From: Chitinophagales bacterium
Lineage (GTDB): Bacteria > Bacteroidota > Bacteroidia > Chitinophagales > LD1
Assembly: GCA_044228435.1 (NCBI GenBank)
Contig: JBGAUW010000006.1
Location: forward strand, 4,203-68,202
Direction: 5' to 3'
Length of the DNA stretch: 64,000 bases
A program made the position numbers and the translations under genes. Below are positions 28,053-37,000 of this stretch, one piece after another (positions within the stretch are counted from its first letter, which is position 1; the number at the start of each line of letters is the position of its first letter). A model generated the notes under the pieces. The model was given only the letters and a program-made list of their open reading frames with translations. It was not told the DNA's origin and did no database searches.

Positions 28053-28535
28053 ATGCAATTTAAAGAAACCACCTGGAAGCGCGAGGCGCTGCTAAAGCAG
28101 AAAGAAAATAAACAGTTTTTGGCCAAGGCTAAACGCATGCGGGGTATTGAGAAGGAATTGCCGGCCCTGCACGACGAGGCCTTTTCGAAAATAAACTGCC
28201 TTAACTGCGCCAATTGCTGCAAAACAATATCGCCACGGTTTAAAAACACAGATATAGTGCGTATAGCCAAGCATTTGGGCATGAAACAGGGCGAACTGAT
28301 GGACACTTATCTGAGGCGGGATGAGGATGGCGATTATGTGGTTAATACCCTACCCTGTCCTTTTTTAGGCAGCGATAATTACTGTGGTATTTACGAAGTT
28401 CGCCCGCGCGACTGCGAAAACTACCCCTATACCGATAGCGGCGAGTTTTTTGATTATGCCACCACCACTTATAATAACAGCACTACTTGCCCTGCCGTGT
28501 TTTATGTTCTGGAGAGGCTTAAGGAAATTAAGTAG
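28053..28535 (+). CDS. YkgJ-family cysteine-cluster protein
   Basis: CLNCANCCK motif plus downstream Cys residues. Confidence 0.8.
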   Translation: MQFKETTWKREALLKQKENKQFLAKAKRMRGIEKELPALHDEAFSKINCLNCANCCKTISPRFKNTDIVRIAKHLGMKQGELMDTYLRRDEDGDYVVNTLPCPFLGSDNYCGIYEVRPRDCENYPYTDSGEFFDYATTTYNNSTTCPAVFYVLERLKEIK

Positions 28536-28667
28536 GGCTTTTTAAGTCTTTATAAAAGCGCGGTATTTTTGTTTTTTTATGTTTTAACTGCGTTAAATCA
28601 CCTTCCAATTAGAAAGCGTACTTTATATTTGCGCCTTCAATTTTTAACTAATTAAACAAATTACAAT

Positions 28668-29300
28668 ATGGCAGTTTTAGTAGGCAAAAAAGCCCCCTCG
28701 TTTAAGGCACAGGCAGTAGTTAATGGCGGAGAGTTTGTAGAGAACTTTTCTTTAGACCAATACCTTGGCAGCAAGTATGTTGTATTTTTCTTCTACCCTA
28801 AAGATTTCACTTTTGTTTGCCCTACCGAGCTTCACGCTTTTCAGGAAAAACTATCGGAATTTGAAGCACGCGGCGCTGCAGTAGTAGCCTGCTCTACCGA
28901 TACCGAGCAATCGCACTGGGGTTGGTTGCAACTTGAAAAGAAAAAGGGCGGCATACAAGGCGTAACTTATCCATTGGTAGCTGATACCAGCAAAACTATT
29001 TCGGCTAACTACGATGTATTAAACGGCGAATATTTTTACGACGAAAACAACCAAATGCAATCTACCAGCGAACTGATAGCTTACCGCGGCTTGTTTTTAA
29101 TTGATAAACAAGGTGTAGTGCAACATCAACTGGTAAACAACCTGCCACTTGGCCGTAACATCGACGAGGCTTTACGCACGCTTGATGCGCTTATCTTCTT
29201 TGAACAAAATGGCGAAGTATGCCCTGCTAACTGGGCTGTAGGTAAAGAAGGTATGAAAGACACCCACGAAGGTGTTGCTACTTACCTGGCTAAAAACTGA
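28668..29300 (+). CDS. typical 2-Cys peroxiredoxin
   Basis: FFFYPKDFTFVCPTE peroxidatic-Cys motif and a resolving Cys in GEVCPANW. Confidence 0.95.
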   Translation: MAVLVGKKAPSFKAQAVVNGGEFVENFSLDQYLGSKYVVFFFYPKDFTFVCPTELHAFQEKLSEFEARGAAVVACSTDTEQSHWGWLQLEKKKGGIQGVTYPLVADTSKTISANYDVLNGEYFYDENNQMQSTSELIAYRGLFLIDKQGVVQHQLVNNLPLGRNIDEALRTLDALIFFEQNGEVCPANWAVGKEGMKDTHEGVATYLAKN

Positions 29301-29323
29301 TTTCAGTTAAATTGATTATAGCT

Positions 29324-29356
29324 AAAGCCCCCGAAAACATCGGGGGCTTTTTATTT
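29324..29356 (+). terminator. intrinsic terminator after the peroxiredoxin gene
   Basis: AAAGCCCCCGA / TCGGGGGCTTT stem with a 5-nt loop, then a T-run. Confidence 0.75.
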
Positions 29357-29390
29357 CCCGTATGGCAATATTTGTTTACATTTAGGCAAC

Positions 29391-29882
29391 ATGAAAAGCC
29401 GCCTGGTTACATATCTGCAATCTCCCGTGGGGCTTATCGAAATTTCGGGTACCGGCACCTTTATTACTTCTGTTTTGTTTGTAGAGGAAACAGAGGTAGA
29501 GGCCGATGAAAATGTGCCCGAAGTTTTGCTGGATTGCAAACGTGAATTGGAAGAGTATTTTGCCGGCACCCGGCAGGAGTTTACAGTTAAGCTAAAAGCC
29601 GAAGGCAGCATTTTTCAAAAAAAGGTATGGAACGAACTGAAGAAGATACCTTTTGGCAGCACCTGCTCTTACAACACCATAGCCAAAAAACTACACAACC
29701 CCGATGCCGTTCGGGCTGTAGGTTTAGCCAACGGCAAAAACCCTATAGCTATTATACTACCCTGCCACCGCGTAATTGGCGAAGATGGTAAACTAACAGG
29801 CTACGCAGGCGGCCTTTGGCGCAAACAATGGCTGTTGGAACACGAGGGGAAAATTACCGGTAATAAGCCCTTGCTTTTTTAA
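29391..29882 (+). CDS. ogt: methylated-DNA--protein-cysteine methyltransferase
   Basis: Active-site PCHRV motif (ILPCHRVIG). Confidence 0.92.
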   Translation: MKSRLVTYLQSPVGLIEISGTGTFITSVLFVEETEVEADENVPEVLLDCKRELEEYFAGTRQEFTVKLKAEGSIFQKKVWNELKKIPFGSTCSYNTIAKKLHNPDAVRAVGLANGKNPIAIILPCHRVIGEDGKLTGYAGGLWRKQWLLEHEGKITGNKPLLF

Positions 29883-29884
29883 GG

Positions 29885-30523
29885 CTATACATCCAACCGG
29901 TAAACCGTATCTAAATCTGTATTGGGGTCGATGGTTAATATAGGCTTTATAATTCCATCATGCAGCGAGTAAACCCATCCGTGTATATGCGGCCGCTGGT
30001 TGTGGCGCCATGCGTTTTGCACTATGTTGGTTTTTGCCAGGCTTAATACCTGCTCCTGTACATTTAGCTCTACCATACGGTTATTTTTTTCGGTAGCTGT
30101 AGGTAAGCCATCTACTTCTTCCTTATGCAGGCGGTACACATCCTTAATGTTGCGCAGCCAGTTATCCAGCAACCCAAAACTTTTATTAGTCATAGCGGCG
30201 GCCACTCCCCCGCAGCCGTAATGCCCGCAAAGTATTATGTGCTTTACCTTTAGCACCTCTACCGAATATTGCAACACACTAAGTAAATTCATATCGCCGT
30301 TTACGGCCAGGTTAGCCACGTTGCGGTGAACAAATATTTCGCCGGGCTTGGTGTTTGTAATTTGATTGGCGGGCACGCGGCTATCGCTGCAGCCTATCCA
30401 TAAAAACTCCGGGGTTTGCAGGGCTTCCAGGCGTTCAAAAAAACCAGGGTCAACTTTCACCTGTTCTTTTGCCCAAATTTTGTTTTCTTCTAACAGCTTA
30501 TTTATAACTTCTATTGCCGGCAT
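29885..30523 (-). CDS. beta-class carbonic anhydrase
   Basis: CSDSRV and HYGCGG zinc-ligand motifs. Confidence 0.92.
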   Translation of the reverse strand: MPAIEVINKLLEENKIWAKEQVKVDPGFFERLEALQTPEFLWIGCSDSRVPANQITNTKPGEIFVHRNVANLAVNGDMNLLSVLQYSVEVLKVKHIILCGHYGCGGVAAAMTNKSFGLLDNWLRNIKDVYRLHKEEVDGLPTATEKNNRMVELNVQEQVLSLAKTNIVQNAWRHNQRPHIHGWVYSLHDGIIKPILTIDPNTDLDTVYRLDV

Positions 30524-31017
30524 AACTGGTTAATAATGGTTTTATGTTTAGGAAACTCTTTTTCTAATTCGGCGGCGCGCGCCAGTTCAAAATCTTCAAA
30601 ATCGAAACCGGGTGCAACTGTACAACCTACAAACGAAAACGTATCGGGCATTGCAGGCCTGCTGGCAAACCAGCAACCTGCCTTAACCACGTGCTGAAAT
30701 TTTTCGCCCTTTTCTATATGCGGCCCTATGGCCACCACTTCTAATTCTCCCCGTTCATCAATTATATAAACGTTCAATGCCTGCCCGGCGTAAAAGTGCC
30801 ACATCTCATCGCTCTTTATCCGGTGGAAGCCCGAAAACTGCTCCCCCTCCAGTAAAAAATAAATAGCTGTGCAAAAGCTTCTGCCATCTCTATACCGGTT
30901 AGGCAAATGCTCCTTTAAAATAACCTCCTCGCTGCGGTAGGTCTCTTTAAACCAACCACCCTCGGGGTGCAACTGCATTTTAAATTGCTCAACAAAAAAC
31001 TGCGGGGTGTAATTCAT
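30511..31017 (-). CDS. cupin (DUF985-like) protein
   Basis: 168 aa, LQLHPEGGWFKETYRS at the N-terminus. It overlaps the carbonic anhydrase start by 13 nt. Confidence 0.8.
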   Translation of the reverse strand: MNYTPQFFVEQFKMQLHPEGGWFKETYRSEEVILKEHLPNRYRDGRSFCTAIYFLLEGEQFSGFHRIKSDEMWHFYAGQALNVYIIDERGELEVVAIGPHIEKGEKFQHVVKAGCWFASRPAMPDTFSFVGCTVAPGFDFEDFELARAAELEKEFPKHKTIINQLCRQ

Positions 31018-31032
31018 ACTGGCAAAAATAAT

Positions 31033-31058
31033 AACGCCCCCGATAAATCGGGGGCGTT
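31033..31058. terminator. terminator immediately downstream of the giant adhesin gene
   Basis: AACGCCCCCGA / TCGGGGGCGTT stem with a 4-nt loop. The transcript is T-rich after it. Confidence 0.75.
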
Positions 31059-31062
31059 TCTG

Positions 31063-34000
31063 TTATTTCATCAGGGTAACTGTTCCCGTAAAGTCTTTGC
31101 TTACATCGTCGAAATACGTAACCGTCATTTGATAAACATAAGTATCAAACGGAGCGGCCTTACCATTTACGGTACCATCCCATCCGCTATTTTTATTAAT
31201 ACCATTTACCTGCGTTGGGTTGTAGTAAATACGCTGACCCCAACGGTCGAATATGGCTACCGAAATATTTTCGGCACCCAGTATATCAAACTCAAAGCGG
31301 TCGTTTAAGCCATCGCCGTTAGGTGTAAATGCGGTAGGTAAAAATGCCGAAGGCTGGTTAAGCACCTGCACGGTAACAGTATCCGATGCGTAGCACGAAT
31401 CGGAGTTCATCACAGTAACCGTAAAAGTGGTAGTGGTGCGTGGTGCTACCAGTGGGTTAGAGCAATTTAGCAGGTCGCCACAACTGCTGAAATCAAAAAT
31501 AACACGGTTGTTGGAATCTGTTTCCGGTGTCCAGAAATAATTCACAATTGGCGTTGAATCGGATTGAGCGGTAGCTACTAATTGTGTTTGCATACCGGTA
31601 AGTATTACCTGCTCGGTAACGTTCAAATCAACCGAAATTGCACCCGGTGCCGAAACGCTAAAATTGGTGGTACCCTGACAGCCGTTTACGTCGGTTACCA
31701 GCAATAAGTAATCGCCGGGCAACAATGCGCTAAACGTATCTGTGTTTTGCGCCACTGCATTTAGCAAATAAGTATACGGACCAAAACCGCCGGTAACCAC
31801 GGTAGACACATTACCCGTGGCTGTATTAAAGCATTTAGCCCCGTTTGCAGTAGCAGTTACCACAATAGGTGCGGGGTTATTAATAACCACCGAATCTGTA
31901 GCCGTGCAGCTTAATGCATCGGTAACGGTAAGCGTATAAGTGCCTGCTACCAGGTTACCTATAGCAATAGTTGACTTTCCGTTGCTCCAGGCATAGGTAT
32001 AAGGCTGTGTTCCGCCATTGGTTAAGGCGCTTATTGAACCGGTGTTACCTCCGTAGCAAATAGGGTCTAAACTTGCCAGGTTAGGGCTTATTTTAGTACC
32101 CTGTCCCAACGTAAAGGCTGCCGTAAGCGAACAACTATTAGCATCGGTAACGGTTACTGCATAAGGGCCTGCTGCTACACCGGTTAAATCAGGCGAGGTG
32201 GCATTGTTGCTCCACACATAGTTGTAGGCGGTTACACCACCGGTAACAGTTATATCTATTACACCGGTAGCCGAGCCAAAGCATACAGCATCAGTAGTAG
32301 TGCCGGCAAGTACAAGTTTAGAAGGTTCCAATACATCTACGCTATCATAAATAAAGCAGCCGCTCGAGTCGGTAAGTTGTATTACATAATGTCCGGCGCT
32401 TACGCCCACTAAAGCCGAATCAGTAGCAAAGTTGCTCCACAGGTAAAAATAAGGGCGGGTTCCTTCGGTTGGAATAACTGCCAAAGTACCGGTAGCTGCT
32501 CCATTGCACAACACATCGGTCTTCACGATGCTTATACCTAAAGGCAGTGGTTCGCGCACCGTATAAAGCGATACCCCCTGGCAACCATTGGCATCGGTTA
32601 CAGTAAGGTAATAATCGCCGCCAGCCACGCTGAATATATCTTCGGTAGTTTGATTGGTAGACCACAGATAAGCGTATGGCAGTGTACCGGCATAGGCTGT
32701 AATATCTACAAAACCATCGGCAAGGCCGGCACAGGTTACATTTTTAACTACACCCGATGTAAATATCGCGTCCGGCTCTGTTATAGTAGTTGAATCAACA
32801 TAAGAGCAGTTTCTTGAATCGGTAATTGTAACAATATAGCTACCTGCAGGTACGTTAATCAGGTCTTCGGTAGTTCTTCCGTTGCTCCATAAATAGGTAA
32901 AAGGTGGCGTTCCGCCCGATGCAATTAAATCAACTCTTCCGCTGGTATCACCATAGCAAAGCGGATTTTTATTAATAAAGTTGGCAAAAATAGCCGAAGG
33001 GTTAACTATGGTAGTAGATGCGGTAGCCGTGCAGCTATTGGCATCGGTTACGGTAATTACATACTGCCCGCCCGGTAAATTGCTCAGGTCTTCGGTAGTG
33101 GCGTTATTGCTCCATAAATAAGTATAAGCAGGGGTTCCGCCGGCTACCACCAAATCAATAGCACCATCGTTAGCATTAAAGCAGGTTATATTGGTTACGT
33201 TAAGCGTTAGGGCAATAGCGTTCGGCTCAGCAAGCAAAACAGAATCCTTCTTTTCGCAGCCATTGGCATCGGTTATAATTACAAAATATAATCCGCCGCT
33301 TAAACCGCTAATATCTTCTGTTCCCTGGAAGGTAGACCAAAGGAAGGTGTAAGGAGCCACACCACCACTAACGGTTAAATCAGCAGCGCCATTTTTTGCA
33401 CCGTTGCAGGTAACATCCGTTCCCACAACTGATGATACTATTCCAGCCGGCTCTGTAAGCGTATACGATGCTGTAACCGAACATCCGGCAGCATCGGTAA
33501 CCGAAACCACATAAGTTCCTGCAATTACATTGCGAATATCTTCGGCGATGGTCGAATTGCTCCAGGCATAAGTATAAGGGAAGGTTCCGCCCTGTACCGA
33601 TATATCTACCGAGCCATCATTGCCACCGGCACAGCTTACATTTTGGGTAGATGAATTAATTACGATAGGGTTAGATTCTGTAACCACTGCCGAGGCACTT
33701 GCCGAGCAGGATGCTGCATCGGTAACTACCACGCTATAGGTGCCGGCAATCAAACCGGTTAAATCTTCGCTGGTAGCATTATTATTCCATAAGTAAGTAT
33801 AAGTTGGTGCACCGCCATTTACTGTAAGGTCTATAGCACCCGTTGCAGCACCGTTACAAATTACATTGGTTACAACAAGGTTTAATACCAACGCAGGGGC
33901 TTCGGTAATTACAACAGAATCGTTCCTGGTGCAACCATTAGCATCGGTAATTATTACAAAGTAAGTTCCTCCGCTTATGCCACTCAAATCTTCAACCGTT

Positions 34001-37000
34001 TGGAAGGTGTTCCATAGGTAAGTATAAGGAGCAGTTCCGCCAGCCGCGGTTAAATCTATTGAACCGTTGGCAGCGCCAAAGCAAGTAACGTTTGTACCGG
34101 TAAGAGTTGAAGTAATAGCTGTTGGTTCTGTTATAGTAAAAGACGCAGTAAGGCTACAACCATTAGCATCTGTTACACTTACAGTATAAGTGCCACCGCT
34201 TAATCCGTTTATATCTTCGGTAGTAGCGCTATTGCTCCAGGCATAGGTATAAGGGAATACACCGCCCTGCACGGTTACATCAACAGCACCATTGGCCCCA
34301 CCTGCGCAACTTACATTTACAGGCGTAGCATTAAGCACTAAACCTGCCGGTTGGCTAATAGTTGCACCGGCGGTTGCTGTACAGCTATTGCCATCGGTAA
34401 TAGTTACACTATAATTTCCAGCTGGTAGTAAGCTTAAGTCTTCGGTAACTGCACCGTTGCTCCATGCATAAGTAATAACCGGCGTTCCGCCGTTTACCGT
34501 AATATCAATGCTGGCAGTAGAGTCGCCATTGCACAGTACATCGGTTTTAACCAGGCTTACGGTTATAGGTGCTGGCTCGGTAACAGTTGTTGAGTTGGTA
34601 ATGCTGCAACCATTGGCATCGTAAACTATAACGGTGTATAAACCACCGGCCACACCGCTAAGGTCTTCCGATGTTGCGCCGTTACTCCATACATAATTAT
34701 AAGGCAGGGTTCCACCGGTTACTGTCAAATCAACAGCACCACTAGCAGCACCTGCGCATAATACCTGCGTAGATGTTACTGATGAACTAAGTTGAGTTGG
34801 CTCTGTAATAACTTGCGAAATTGTTTGCTGGCAACCATTTGCATCGGTTACTACTACAGTGTAGGTATTCGGTAGTAAACCAAACACATCTTCGGTAGTT
34901 GCACCATTGCTCCAGGCAAAGCTGTATGGCGGCACGCCCCCATTAGCAGTAACATCTATCGACCCTGTTGAATCATTATAACAACTAAGGTTTTGGAACG
35001 ATGCTATATTAAGGAACAATGGAAGCGGCTGCGAAATAGTAGCGCCAACTGAAGCGGTGCAGCCTTTGGCATCGGTAATGGCAACATTATAAGTGCCGGC
35101 AGCTAAACCTGTAATATCTTCGGTGGTAGCGCTGTTGCTCCATAAAAAATTATAAGGGGCATTACCGCCGCTTACAGTAATATAAATAGCGCCGGTTGTA
35201 GCTCCGCTACAGCCAATATTAGCTACCGAATCAATTTGTGCCTGCAATTGGTTAGGCTGCGTAACAGTTACGCTAACAAAATCAGTACAACCTTTCGAGT
35301 CGCGCAGGGTTACTACATAGTTACCCGAGGCTAAGCCGGTAAAGGTAGGCGATGGAACAAACTGAATACCATTAATAGAATAAGAATATGGAGGAAGGCC
35401 GCCGGTTAATTGAACCGTTACCGTTCCGTCTACTCCGCCAAAGCAGCTTACCGGTGTTTGCGAAACAAGGCTGGCATACACAGCATAAGCCGTATCAATT
35501 ACTTCAGTTCCGCCATCAGTACATCCGTTAGCATCAGTAATTAAAATTGTATAAGTACCATCAGATAACCCACTAAACACATTGCCCGGTTGCGAAGGGC
35601 CACCGTTTAATGAGTATGCATATGGCGTAGTACCACCGGTAGCATTGACAGTTATGCTTCCGTCAAACACATTATCGCAACTTGCGTTTTGAGTAACAGC
35701 GGTATGTACCAGCACAGCCGGTTCAGAAACCACTACCGCATTGCCGGCATAAGCGCTAACACAAGCAGAATCATCGGTAATAAACACATTATAGTTGCCG
35801 GCAGTAAGATTGCTGAAAGCACCTGAAGATTGATATACCACACCACCATCAATTGAATAATAAGCTGAACCGTTGGTTGCAGTGCCCGACACCAAAATGC
35901 TACCGGTATTGCCACCATTACAAAGCACGTTTGTATTTGTTACCTGTGTTACCTGCGGTTGCTGTAAAATAAGTATCTGGTTATCGTTGCTGGTAGATGA
36001 ACACACGCTGGAAAATACCTGGCGACGATAGTATACTGTTGAACTGGTAAAAGGAGGATCGTACGAAATCGCGTTTGCCCCACCAACAGCCGTCCAGGTA
36101 ATTCCGTTAGGGCTGGTTTCCCACTGGTAGGTATAAACACCAGTACCGCCTGTAGGCGTACTGCCATTAATAGTAACAGGGTCGCCCGAACCGCAGAAGC
36201 GTTGATAGTTTTCAATGGTGTTATTACCTATTACAGGCACCACAGTAATTGTTATAACATTGCTACCGCTGCTGCAGGCAGATGATGTAACATCGCGGCG
36301 GAAATAGGTAGTAACGGTTACGTTACCCGGGTCGTAGTTTTGATTAACTGCGCCACCTATTGGGGTAAAGGTAAAGTTATCCGTACTTTCAAGCCATTGG
36401 AAATTATAGGTTCCCGTACCGCCCGCTGGAGTAGAGCCTATCAATAAAGCAGGATCGCCGCTACCGCAAAAACTTTGAGCGGCCGATATAGAGTTACCCG
36501 AAATAGCGGGAACAATAGTTATAGTAACCGCGTTGCTGCTAAGCGAGCAGCTGCCGCTAAAGGCATTGCGCATAAAATAAGTAGTAGCTGTAATATTGCC
36601 CGGCGCATAGCTTTGGCCGGTAGCCCCGCCTATGTTTGCCCAGGTAAAACCATCGGGCGAGCTTTGCCATTGGTAGGTAAATGAACCGTTGCCACCGGTA
36701 GGAACCGCTCCCGTAAGTGTTCCGGGGTCGCCCGATACGCAGAAAGTTTGGCTGGTACCAATGGTGTTTACTGTAATTGGCGGAGTAATAGTAACTGTAA
36801 CCACATTGCTTACATCGCTGCATGGCAATGAGTTAACCGTGCGGCGGTATTGGGTAGTAACCGTTACAGCACCCGGCGAGTAATTTGCCGAAACCGCGCC
36901 ACCAATCACATTCCATCCACCACCATTTACATTTTGCTCCCATACATAGGTATAGCTTCCGGTGCCGCCACCGGGTGTTGTGCCAACCAAAGTAGCTGGT

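Noticed and set aside
27902-28306. 134-aa minus-strand ORF between carA and the YkgJ-family gene
   Set aside because: It overlaps the plus-strand gene, which carries a clean Cys-cluster motif. Its own product has no features.
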